Assembly (NCBI RefSeq): GCF_902713615.1
Contig: NC_052154.1
Coordinates: 37,128,322 to 37,192,321 of the forward strand
Direction: 5' to 3'
DNA: 64,000 nt
Origin: Scyliorhinus canicula
Lineage: Eukaryota
Both the position numbers and the translations under genes were made by a program. The notes under the pieces were generated by a model. It searched no databases. It was given only the letters and a program-made list of their open reading frames with translations, and was not told the origin of the DNA. Position 1 is the stretch's first letter. Each line of letters starts with the position of its first letter. Shown one piece after another: positions 10,364 through 22,100 of this stretch.

Positions 10364-13288
10364 TGTCATAACCCTCCAAAGAGGGTTATGACATGAAGAA
10401 TAAATATAACGAGCTGGGGTTTCTTAACAAATGGGGCCTTTGTAATGTTTAAAATAAAGCTCTTAAGTTTTAGTTTTGGCTGAATTTGTTGTCAGTTGGA
10501 GACAGGACACTGGACAGCGAACATTTTGAAAGTCTGTCAGGAGAAAATGGACAGGACAAGGTCAGTAAAAAGATGCAAGCTTCCGAAGGAACAAGATACA
10601 ATCCAGATAACATGGGACAGAAAGAATATTTAAAACAACTTAAATGAAGAGGCCAAGGTATTGTTCAGAAGAGTAAGGAAGAGTAAACAAGGTGTTCTGA
10701 GATTAACAGACAATTGCAGTAACTAGATTTAAAATGGGACAGCAGACTTCAGAGATAAAAACAGACAGTAAAGGTTTCTACAAATATGTAAAACTAAAAA
10801 GAGTGGCTACGGTAAATATTGGTCCTTTAGGTTTAGAGGATGAGAAGGGAGTTTTAATAATGGGAAATGAGGAAATAGCTGAGGAACTGAACAGGTTTTT
10901 TGGGTCGGTCTTCACGGTGGAAGACACAAATAACATGCCAGTGACTGATAGAAATTAGGCTGTGACAGGTGAGGACCTTGAGAGGATTGTTATCACTAAG
11001 GAGGTAGTGATGGGCAAGCTAATGGGGCTAAAGGTAGACAAGTCTCCTGGCCCTGATGGAATGCATCCCAGAGTTCTAAAAGAGGTGGCTAGGGAAATTG
11101 CAAATGCACTAGTGACAATTTACCAAAATTCACTAGACTCTGGGGTGGTCCTGGTGGATTGGAAATTAGCAAACGTGACACCACTGTTTAAAAAAGGAGG
11201 TAGGCAGAGAGCGTGTAATTATAGGCCAGTGAGCTTAACTTCAGTAGTAGGGAAGATGCTGGAATCTATCATCAAGGAAGAAATAGCAAGGCATCTGGAT
11301 AGAAATTATCCCATTGGGCAGACGCAGCATGGGTTCATAAAGGGCAGGTCGTGCCTAACTAATTTAGTGGAATTTTTTGAGGATACTACCAGTGCAGTAG
11401 ATAACGGGGAGCCAATGGATGTGGTATATCTGGATTTCCAGAAATCCTTTGACAAGGTGCCACACAAAAGGTTGCTGCATAAGATAAAGATGCATGGCAT
11501 TAAGGGTAAAGTAGTAGCATGGATAGACGATTGGTTAATTAATAGAAAGCAAAGAGTGGTGATTAATGGGTGTTTCTCTCGTTGGCAATCAGTAGCTAGT
11601 GGTGTCCATCAGGGATCCGTGTTGGGCCCACAATTGTTCACAATTTACATAGATGATTTGGAGTTGGGGACCAAGGGCAATGTGTCCAAGTTTGCAGATG
11701 ACACTAAGATGAGTGGTAAAGCGAAAAGTGCAGAGGATACTGGAAGTCTGCAGAGGGATTTCGATAGGTTAAGTGAATGGGCTAGGGTCTGGCAGATGGA
11801 ATACAATGTTGACAAATGTGAGGTTATCCATTTTTATAGGAATAACAGCAAACGGGATTATTATTTAAATGATAAAATATTAAAGAATGCTGCTGTATAG
11901 AGAGATCTGGGTGTGCTCGTGCATGAGTCACAGAAAGTTGGTTTACAGGTGCACAGGTGATTAAGAAGGCAAATGGAATTTTGTCCTTCATTGCTAGAGG
12001 GATGGAGTTTAAGATTAGGGAGGTTATGCTGCAATTGTATAAGGTGTTAGTGAGGCCACACCTGGAGTATTGTGTTCAGTTTTGGTCTCCTTACTTGAGA
12101 AAGGACGTACTGGCACTGGAGGGTGTGCAGAGGAGATTCACTAGGTTGATCCCAGAGCTGAAGTGGTTGGATTACGAGGAGAGGTTGAGTAGACTGGGAC
12201 TGTACTCATTGGAATTTAGAAGGATGAGGGGGGATCTTATAGAAACATATAAAATTATGAAGGGAATAGATAGGATAGATGTGGGCAGGTTGTTTCCACT
12301 GGCGGGTGAAAGCAGAACTAGGGGGCATAGCCTCAAAATAAGGAAAAGTAGATTTAGGACTGAGTTTAGGAGGAACTTCTTCATCCAAAGGGTTGTGAAT
12401 CTATGGAATTCCTTGCCCAGTGAAGCAGTTGAGGCTCCTTCATTAAATGTTTTTAAGGTAAAGATAGATAGTTTTTTGAAGAATAAAGGGATTAAGGGTT
12501 ATGGTGTTCGGGCTGGAAAGTGAAGCTGAGTCCACAAAAGATCAGCCATGATCTCATTGAATGGTGGAGCAGGCTCAAGGGGCCAGATGGCCTACTCCTG
12601 CTCCTAGTTCTTATGTTCTTAAATGTCTGATGCCATTTTAGTATAGTCTAGAGATCAAGTGTTAAAGCAATTGTGAACAGTTTGTTCAGCAGCTAAGACA
12701 AAGGGAACCTAAAAGGGGGTGGCGTGAAACTTTGGACTAGACTCACGGTTAAAAGTGGAATGGAAGCATGTTTAAAAGTGTCGCCTGGAAAACCTGGATT
12801 GGATTTCAGACTGCAAACCGCTAAGCGAAAGCATTATTATGAGAGAAGGTTTTAAAGCATGTTTTTATTGGAGTTTGGAAACTCTCATGTGATTATCATC
12901 TGGGAAGGATTCCGAGGAGAAATTCACAGACACTAACTTGGCTTCAGGGCGGAGTGTGTGTATTTGACCACAACCAATCTGTGGGCCTTAATAAAGGACT
13001 TTGTGTGTTAATTAGACCATTGTAGTTTAAATGTCTTGCGCAATCCATACTAATCTTAGAACCTGTGTGCAATTGTTAAGGTAAAGGAAGAATGAAGGAG
13101 TATTGCATTATAGTCTGAATTTTTCATGTTTAATGAATGTATTTTCTCTAATTGTTAAAACTAATTAGTGATTGTGAGACTCTGATCGTCCACGTTTTAT
13201 ATAAAAAAAGTAAACGTTACAGTTTTTTGAACCAGGGTTCCATTCTAGAATCTTCCCATCCAGTTATAACAAACTGGGATCCTAACAG
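10364..13288 (+). mobile_element. Putative LTR-like element (10364-10745 plus 12622-13288) split by a CR1
   Basis: Starts TGT, ends ...gggatcctaaca; LTR-like composition; no TSD confirmed. Confidence 0.4.
10750..12621 (+). mobile_element. CR1 LINE, 5'-truncated, RT-containing pseudogene
   Basis: ORFs 10734-10958, 10962-11900 (KSPGPDG, NYRPVSLTS, YLDFQKSFDKVPH, QGSVLGP, FADD) and 11957-12523 (RPHLEYC, RTRGHSLK). 3' tail ttcttatgttctt. Confidence 0.95.
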
Positions 13289-13329
13289 TGCTTGTGTTGA
13301 GCAAAAAAGGTCCAAGAAATCAAATTGGG

Positions 13330-13715
13330 CCTATATCCATTGGAGTTTAGTTGGATGAGGGATGAAATTATTGAAACATGTATGATCCTGAGAGGACTTG
13401 GTGGGTTGGACACCAGGAGGACGTTCCCCATTGTGAGGAAGACTAGAATTAGAGGACACAGTTCAAGAATAAGATGCTTCTCTTTTCAGATGAGATATTA
13501 ATAATTTATTTTCTCTCCAAGGATTACTAGTATGTGGAATGCTCTTCTCCAGAAGTCAGTCGAGGCTGGGTAAGACACATTTTTGATCAACAAGGGAGTC
13601 AAGGCTTTTAGGGCGGAGGCTGGAAAGTGAACTTTTGAATACAAACAGGTCAGCCAGGATCTTACAAGCAGGCTCGACGGGCCAAATTGCCTACTCCTGT
13701 CCCTAAGTCCGAACA
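13330..13715 (+). mobile_element. CR1 3' fragment
   Basis: Diverged copy of the 12200-12620 end (cattggagtttag ... gcctactcctg). Confidence 0.75.
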
Positions 13716-14429
13716 TCCTAGCTAAAGTAACAATGTGTGCTCCAGAAGCGGCTGTACCTCGAGAAAAGCTGTTCCAGTACAACTACAGCACTAACATCGG
13801 CCTGAAAATGGCTCAGGCATGCCCTGCTCACTAAAAAGAAAAAAATCTAAATTAGACCAATTATTGCCCCATCAGCCAACTTGCAATCATTAGCCCACTT
13901 GTAATGAACAAAATGATGGAAGTCATCATCACCCTTGTTTTGAAGCAGCACCTACTCACCAATAAGCCTGCTTATTGATGTTCACTTTGGGTTTCATCAG
14001 GACATCTCATTTCCCAATCTCATTACAGCTTTGGTTGCAACATGGACAAAAGATTTGAATTCCACAGCTGTGTTGGAGTTAATATCAAGACAGCGTGGCA
14101 TTAAAAAGCCGTAATAAAAATGGTGAATTGGAATCAGGGGACAACTCTCCACTGCAAAGTTTTGCTTACATTAAAATGTGCTATATCAATGCAAGGTGTC
14201 GCTGCATTTGTGTAGTTTGGATATTGAAGATTAATAACAAGTTCAGCTGAAATGCGCTTACAGTTGAATAACCTGATGATTTTCATTGTCAAGACTACAC
14301 AAAGCATCGCCACTTGGGAAGGTAGTGTTCATTTCCTGGTGCCCATCAAACTTCAGGACAGCATGAGTCTATGTCTTGAAACAAAAAAAGAGAACAAATT
14401 GGGGGAAAACATACTTGCTTAATTTAAAC

Positions 14430-14545
14430 AGAGTTAGCATCAACTTGGTTTCTCTTTCTCCACAGATACTGCCTGACCTGGTAAGTATTTCCAGCATTTT
14501 ATATTTTATTTCAGATTTCCAGCATCTGCAGGATTTTGCTTTGTA
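14430..14545 (+). repeat. Short Penelope-type terminal repeat
   Basis: ccacagatactgcctgacctg...tttcagatttccagcatctgcag, the same family as the right arm of 31973-32205. Confidence 0.55.
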
Positions 14546-15017
14546 TACCCTTTAAATTATTTTGTTGCGTCAAACAGCCTGGATCTTGAAATGTTTTCAA
14601 CTAATGCAAAGTCCTTCACAGAAATAGAAGATGACACGGAACTAGCCAAAGCAACTTCTTGAAGAATGCTTCCTTCTTTTTGAAGATAATAGATAGGCAA
14701 CTGATTACAGCTGTTGGTTAATCTCTGCTTCTCAAGTCTTTACAAAGCAGTGTCAATACGGAGTAAAATTACAATTAATATAAAGAATGGAGACAAATTC
14801 TGGCTTGAATGAGTAACATATTCCTGTAAATTTATTTAGACAAAGAAAATTAATAATGAAAAGATTAAGGGCTCTTATCAAAAAGGACAGATGAACATTT
14901 CAGACCTTACTTTTAATATTTCGCAACAAAAGCTTTTATGTGAATTATGTAAATTGCTTGATTGTTTGTCTGAAATTTTAAAATAGTATGCAATAGAAAG
15001 TGATATGTTTTAATGTA

Positions 15018-15246
15018 TTTTTTAAAATAAATTTAGAGTATCCAATTCATTTTTTCCAATTAAGGGGCAATTTAGTGTGGCCAATCCACCTACCCTGCGC
15101 ATCATTAGGTTGTGGGGGGGCGAAACCCACGCAAACACGGGGAGAATGTGCAAACTCCACACGGACAATGACCCAGAGCAGGGATCAGAACCCGGGTCCT
15201 CATCGCCGCAGTCCCAGTGCTAACCACTGTGCCACCATGCTGCCCC
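15018..15246 (-). mobile_element. SINE, short A-rich tail subfamily
   Basis: Same as 6268-6496 and 28848-29072. Confidence 0.85.
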
Positions 15247-15384
15247 CATGTTTTAAAGTCTTAAAATAGCCTTAAATAATAGGGACCACTAGTATCCACC
15301 TTTATGATAAGAGTAAATCATACAGCAACTTCTGTTATTCACAAATGTACAGTTCTAACAAGGCTCTTTAGTTCTGAAAATATG

Positions 15385-15550
15385 GGGTGGGATTCTCCGC
15401 TGCGCCAGCAGGTTCCCCGCGGGTTCCCCAGCAGCATGGGGTGGCCATAATGGGAAATCCCATTGTCGGTTGGCAGGAAGGGAGAATCCCACTGCAGCGA
15501 GGGCTACGCTGCCTCGGAAAACGTGGCTAGCGCAATAGAGAATCACGCTC
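15385..15550. mobile_element. Harbinger-type MITE, 166 bp
   Basis: TIRs gggtgggattctc / gagaatcacgctc; 3-bp TSD ATG at 15382-15384 and 15551-15553. Confidence 0.8.
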
Positions 15551-16004
15551 ATGATTTTTCAACTTTTAACTGACTTGAACTGAACAGTTCAAACTGCTTA
15601 AAATGCAAGACCACATTCCAAGGTGAAGGTCAGAAACCAACAAATCACCTCAAACTGTAAAGAGAAACAGTTCCTATAATCCAGACACCCATCAAAACCT
15701 GTAATTAAGAAACATAAAAAATGCAAAATACTGGATCCTGAAATAATGTCCGTCACAGACAGTCCCACCTAAAGTATCTTTATACGCAATGGGTGAATTA
15801 TTTTCAAGGCTAGACTGCCAACCACTAGAGATTGCAAATGACAAAAGCGGTGTAAGAAAGACTTCAACAGAGAAAACAAGCCGAGGGCAGCTCGGTCTCT
15901 CTTTTAATCATCTTTATTGTCACAAGTTGGCTTACATTAACACTGCAATTAAGTTACTGTGACTCCCTCTCTCACTTTTAGTATAAGTATATCGCCTGGA
16001 GCAA

Positions 16005-16332
16005 CATAGAACATACATACATAGTGCAGAAAGAGGCCATCCGGCCAATCGAGTCTGCACCGATGCACACAAGCCCTCATTCGACCCTATCCCTGCAACC
16101 CCAATAACCCCAGCTAACCTTTTTGGTCACTAAGGGCAATTTATCATGGCCAATCCACCTAACCTGCACGTCATTGGACTGTGGGAGGAAACCGGGGCAC
16201 CCGGAGGAAATTCACGCGGACAAGGGAGAAAGTGCAGAGTCTGCACAGACAGTGACCCAGCGGGGAATCGAACCTGGTACCCTGGTGCTGTGAAGCCACA
16301 GTACTATCCACTTGTGCTACCTTGATGACCTT
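16005..16332 (-). mobile_element. HE1-like SINE (followed by a CR1 fragment to about 16570)
   Basis: Head, core and tail as in other copies; closely resembles 47106-47418. Confidence 0.85.
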
Positions 16333-17195
16333 GGGCAGCTTTCATGATACTCCTGACTTATGCTTTGTAGATGTTGGATAGGTTTTCAGGAGTCAGATGC
16401 GAGTTAAGCATCAGAGAATTCCCAGCCTCTGAACTGCTCTTTTGGCCATAGTATTTATATGTCATGTCCAGCTACATTTCTGATCAATGGCAACCTCCCA
16501 AGATGGTGATGAAAATGGTTGTTATGCCACTGAATATCATTGGGACTTGGTCAGATTTCTCTTTGTTCCATAGTTGTAGGGGAATGCAGGACGGTCACTA
16601 ATGCAGTGATTACAGATTCACACACTATTGCAGCTCTCACTATGCCAGCTAACCTACTAGCAAGACATATTTAGCATGTCTTACCACCCACTCTGCTCTC
16701 CTGCACTCCATTCCTCACCATTCTCCAACCTGTGCCCTGAACGTGTGTGCTGATTACCAGAAGTGAACTAACGTTATATAATTAAAACCATGCTCCATAT
16801 TTGATTAAAATAATTTGGAAGTACTTTAAAAAGCCCATATGGAAAAGTGACACAAGGTTTCTAAAAAGTAGATCAGAGCATGTAACAAATCAACATGTTG
16901 AAGCTTTTAGAAAATAGTACATTGAACCAATATTGGCAGGCATGGAAAGTTACAGTATTGAAATACTGATGGTTTGCTTTCAAAACTAGTTCTGTGGTTG
17001 TGATTGTATAGTGACTCGAATTGAATTGGTTCAGAAGGGAATTCACCTTTCTCCATAACCTTTCATAGGCATTATTTTCATACCATATAATATGAACTGA
17101 GAGAATCATTGGCTTGGAACAACATCAATGCAGCACAAAACCCAGAACTCTGGTGGCAGTAGTAAGCCCTGTGAAAATGTTCAGTGTTCACTGTA

Positions 17196-17500
17196 TTTCA
17201 TAGATTCCCTACAGTGCGGAAGGAGGCCATTTGGCCCATTGAGTCGACACCCAACCTTCTGAAAGAGCACCCTAATCTAAACCCACTCCCCACCTTATCC
17301 CCAGACACTAAGGGGCAATTTAGTATGGCCATTCCACCTAACCTGCACATCTTTGGACTGTAGGAGGAAACCGGAGCGCCCAGTGGAAATCCACGCAGAC
17401 ACGGGGGGAATGTGCAAACTCCATAGAGTCAGTAACCCAAGGTTAGAATCGAACCCGGGTTCCTGGGCTGTAAGACAGCAATTGTGCCACCATGACGCCC
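17196..17500 (-). mobile_element. HE1-like SINE
   Basis: Shared core ggccattccacctaacctgcacatctttggactg. Confidence 0.85.
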
Positions 17501-18189
17501 TCTCAATGGGGATGGTATATGTCAAAAGGAAACTGATGAAAGCAGTTCAGAATTCTCATTTTTAATTAATTCCCTTTTCTCTTCCTGCAACATGAACAAT
17601 AATTAATGGCATTAAGACTTTATGGCACTTTGTTTGTTCATCTATAAATACTAACCTTTTGTTCTTAGTGACATGATAAAAATGTTTGTGATTCTAACCA
17701 AACTTCATGAGTGAGCTCCTTTCAGTACATTTCGTTTGCATTCATTTAACTCTGAACAGGCTAGAAATTCTAGTATGCAAACATTGATATATCATTCTAA
17801 TTAAAATACTTTTAAAAATTGACTTCAGAGGTCCAGGCTAGGCTTGAATACAAACCATTACTTTTTCCAATTTGCAAGCACAAATGGTCAGAAATCACAA
17901 CAATTTATTTTCTCAATTGCTTAAATGATTGCTCAGATTTTTGGTTTATTTAGAAACAGGTGTACAGTTAATTTTCTTTACATGTCCACTTATGTCCCTA
18001 TTTACGCAAATGATTTCTTGTCATCAGATTCTGTGTCTCTTCAAAGGGAAATTTGTTTGGAGCGGTGTATCTGGGAATCTGTGTCAAATTGTCAAAATCG
18101 GCATTGTGTGAGTTTTAAATATGTTGTACCAGCTGAACTTTGATTTCTGTTAAAAATATAAACAGCGCCTTCAAAGCGCAGAGATAGGG

Positions 18190-21100
18190 AGGAAAGGGTG
18201 GCTAGGCAGAAGCTGGTGGACTCCATACTGGAGGTAGAACGTAAATACTCCGAGGCCCCGACCGTAGAGCTCCTGGCGGAGAGAAAAGAACTACAAAGGA
18301 ACTTTGACCTGCTCTCCACCAGAAAAGCAGTGCATCAACTCCGCCAGGCGCGCGGGACCCTGTACGAACATGGAGACAAAGCCAGCCGCCTGTTGGCACA
18401 CCAGCTGAGAAAGCAGGCAGCCACCAGAGAAATTGCGCAAATCAGGGGTACCAGAGGCACGTTGGAAACAGAACCAGAGAGGATTAACAAAACCTTCAAG
18501 GCCTTCTACCAAGAGCTGTAGACCTCAGAGCCCCCAACGGGGAAGGCTGGGATGAACCGGTTTCTTGATGGACTGGACATACCAGTCATGGGAGAGGGCA
18601 GAAAACGGGACCTGGGAGCACCACTAGCACTGGGAGAGATCATGGACAGCATTAGCTCCATGCAGACGGGGAAGGCGCCGGGACCGGATGGATTCCCGGG
18701 GGACTTCTACAAAACATTCGCGACAGCGGGAGATGTTCACAGACTCGTTAGCTAGGGGCACACTGCCACCCACGTTAGCACAGGCCTCAATCTCGCTGAT
18801 ACCTAAGAAAGACAAAGACCCAACGGAATGTGGGTCATACAGACCCATATCTCTGCTGAACACAGACGCCAAAATACTGGCCAAAAGGCTAGAAGACTGT
18901 GTACCTGAGGTGGTCACAGAGGACCAGACGGGCTTCGTCAAAGGTAGACAGTTTACCTCGAACATCAGGCGCCTGCTGAACGTGATAATGACCCCCTCCG
19001 GGGAGAGAACACAAGAGGTGATCGTCTCCCTGGATGCAGAAAAGGCCTTCGACAGAGTCGAATGGAAATACCTCATAGAGGTACTGGAGCGGTTCGGGCT
19101 TGGAACAGGGTTCACCACTTGGGTAAAGCTCCTATACAACGCTCCCATGGCGAGTGTACAGACCAACAATACCAACTCCCAATACTTCCAGCTGCACAGG
19201 GGCACCAGACAAGGATGCCCACTGGCCCCGCTGCTGTTCGCACTAGCAATCGAACCGCTAGCAATCGTGCTCAGGGCAGCAAAAAATTGGAGGGGGATCC
19301 GAAGGGGAGGCAGAGAGCACAGAGTCGCACTCTATGCAGATGATCTGCTCCTCTACATCTCGGACCCACAAAGCAGCATGGACGGAATCATCGCGCTCCT
19401 GAAAGAGTTTGGAGCCTTCTCGGGCTACAAACTCAACATGAGCAAAAGCGAGATCTTCCCAGTACACCCGCAAGGGGGGGGGCAGCACTAAAGGGGCTGC
19501 CATTCAAACAAGCCCGACACAAATTCCGCTACCTGGGGATCTAAATAGCCCATGACTGGAAAGGGATCCACAAATGGAACCTCACCAGCCTGACGGAGGA
19601 AGTAAAAAAGGACCTGCAAAGATGGAACACACTCCCACTCTCCCTCGCGGGAAGTGTCCAGACGATCAAAATGAACGTACTGCCCAGGTTCCTCTTCCTG
19701 TTTAGATCCATTCCGATCTACATCCCCAAGGCCTTTTTCAAAGTGCTGGACAAACTTATCATGGCGTTCTTATGGGGGGGGGGGTAAAAATGCTAGGATC
19801 CCAAAGAAGGTCCTACAAAAAATAAAATCCAGGGGGGGCTAGCCCTCCCGAATCTACAATTCTACCACTGGGCGGCAACAGCCGAGCGAGTAAGGGGATG
19901 GATCCAGGAGACAGAAGCCGAGTGGGTGCGTGTGGAGGAGGCCTCCTGCGTGGGGACCTCCCTCCGGGCCCTCGCCACGGCAGCACTCCCATCCCCACCC
20001 AAAAAACACTCCAGCAGCCCAGTGGTGACAGCCACCCTCCAATCCTGGAACCAACTGCGGCAGCAATTTGGCCTAACCAAAATGTCAGACAATGCTCCCA
20101 TCTGCACCAACCATAGGTTCACACCAGCACTGACTGACGCCACCGTCAAAAGGTGGAGGCAGGACGGGGGGGACACTGACAGTCAGGGACCTGTACACGG
20201 ACGACAGAATCGCAACACTGGACGAACTGACAGAGAAACTTTGGCTAGCCGGGGGAACGAGCTACGGTACCTGCAGCTCAAAAACCTCCTACAAAAGGAG
20301 ACAAGGACGTACCCACAACCGCCACGACAGACACTACTGTAAGACCTACTGGACGCAAGTATCCTAGAGAAAGGGAACTGTAGCGACATGTATGACCGAC
20401 TGGTAGAAAGGGACGACACCGTACTGGACGCAACAAGAAAGAAATGGGAGGATGACCTGGGGATTGAGATAGGGTGGGAACTCTGGAGCGAAGCACTGCA
20501 TAGGGTCAACTCCACCTCCACGTGCGCAAGGCACAGCCTGACGCAACTAAAAGTGGTACATAGAGCCCACTTAACAAGAAACCGTATGAGTAGGTTCTTC
20601 CCGGAGGTGGAGGACAGATGTGAACGGTGCCAAAGAGGCCCGGCCAACCACGCCCACACGTTCTGGTCTTGCCCCAGACTTATGGAGTACTGGACAGCCT
20701 TCTTCGAGGCTATGTCCAAAGTGGTGGGGGTGAGGGTGGAGCCATGCCCGATAGCGGCGGTCTTCGGGGTTTCAGACCAGCCAGATCTATTCCTGGGGAG
20801 GGCGGACGCCCTTGCCTTTGCCTCCCTGATAGCCCGCCGTAGAATCCTGTTTGGCTGGCGGTCAGCAGCACCACCCAGAGCTGCAGACTGGCTGTCCGAC
20901 CTCTCGTAATCTCTCCAAATGGAGAAAATCAAATTCGCCATCCGAGGGTCAGACGACGGCTTCCACAGAACGTGGGACCATTCATGCAATTGTTCCGGGA
21001 CCTGTTTGTGGCCAACGAACAAGAGGAAGAATAGTCGGGTGGCCAAGAATCAGGGGAAAATGGACGGGAATCGGGGGAAGGTAGCGGGGGGGGGGGGGGG
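18190..21100 (+). mobile_element. L1-clade LINE, 5'-truncated ORF2 (RT plus C-terminal Cys knuckle) with G-rich 3' UTR
   Basis: YEHGDKASRLLA, GKAPGPDGF, SYRPISLLNTDAKILAK, SLDAEKAFDRVEW, GTRQGCPL, YADD, CERC..HTFWSC; few frameshifts and stops. Confidence 0.93.
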
Positions 21101-21227
21101 GGTTTCTCTGAAGACTATAAAGTGTAAAATTGAAGTATGCAATATACAATCTCTTTTTACAGTACCCTTTGCATATAGGAAATATAGCATTGCAAGTCCT
21201 GAAAATAGATTTAAAACATACTCGTTA

Positions 21228-21578
21228 GGGCAGCAGGGTAGCATGGTGGTTAGCATAAATGCTTCACAGCTCCAGGGTCCCAGGTTCGATTCCCGGCTGG
21301 GTCACTGTCTGTGTGGAGTCTGCACGTCCTCCCCCTGTGTGCGTGGGTTTCCTCCGGGTGCTCCGGTTTCCTCCCACAGTCCAAAGATGTGCGGGTTAGG
21401 TGGATTGGCCATGCTAAATTGCCCGTAGTGTCCTAATAAAAGTAGGGTTCAGGGGGAGGTTGTTGGGTTACGGGTATAGGGTGGATACGTGGGTTTGAGT
21501 AGGGTGATCATGGCTCGGCACAACATTGAGGGCCGAAGGGCCTGTTCTGTGCTGCACTGTTCTATGTTCTATGTTCTA
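21228..21578 (+). mobile_element. Young HE1-like SINE with (TTCTATG)n CR1 tail
   Basis: Nearly identical to 24899-25244 and 61690-62026. Confidence 0.92.
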
Positions 21579-21627
21579 GTTGAATGTGTAAAACACATAA
21601 TTCTTTGTGCTACTATCCTATAAAATG

Positions 21628-22063
21628 GGGCGAAATTCTCTGCAGACCGTCGTAACGCCGATTTCCGGCGAGAAAAATCGGTGTAGATGACTCCGGCGTC
21701 GGGGACTTCTTTTAGGCCGCTATTCTCCGTTCCCGGAGGGGCCAGCAGTGGACTGACGCGATACGCGTCAGTTTCACCAGCTGCGGAAGTGGTGAGGCCC
21801 GGCGTTTTGGGGGGGGGGGGGGGGGGAGGAGGAGAGAGACAGCCCGGCGTTTGGGGGGGGGGGGGGGGGGGGGAGGAGGAGGAGAGAGACAGACCGGCAT
21901 TTTTTTTTTGGGGGGGGGGGGGGGGAAGGAGAGACAGACCCGGCATTTGGGGGGGGGGGGAGGAGGAGGAGAGACAGACCCGGCATGGGGGGGGGGGGGG
22001 AGAGGAGAGACAGACCCGGCATTTGGGGGGGAGGGAAGGAGGAGGAGAGAGACAGACCGGCAT

Positions 22064-22100
<37 letters not shown>

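Noticed and set aside
14290-14400. Strong minus-strand acceptor (tttttttgtttcaag) as an alternative BANP last exon
   Set aside because: Stops within a few codons in all frames; no supporting evidence.
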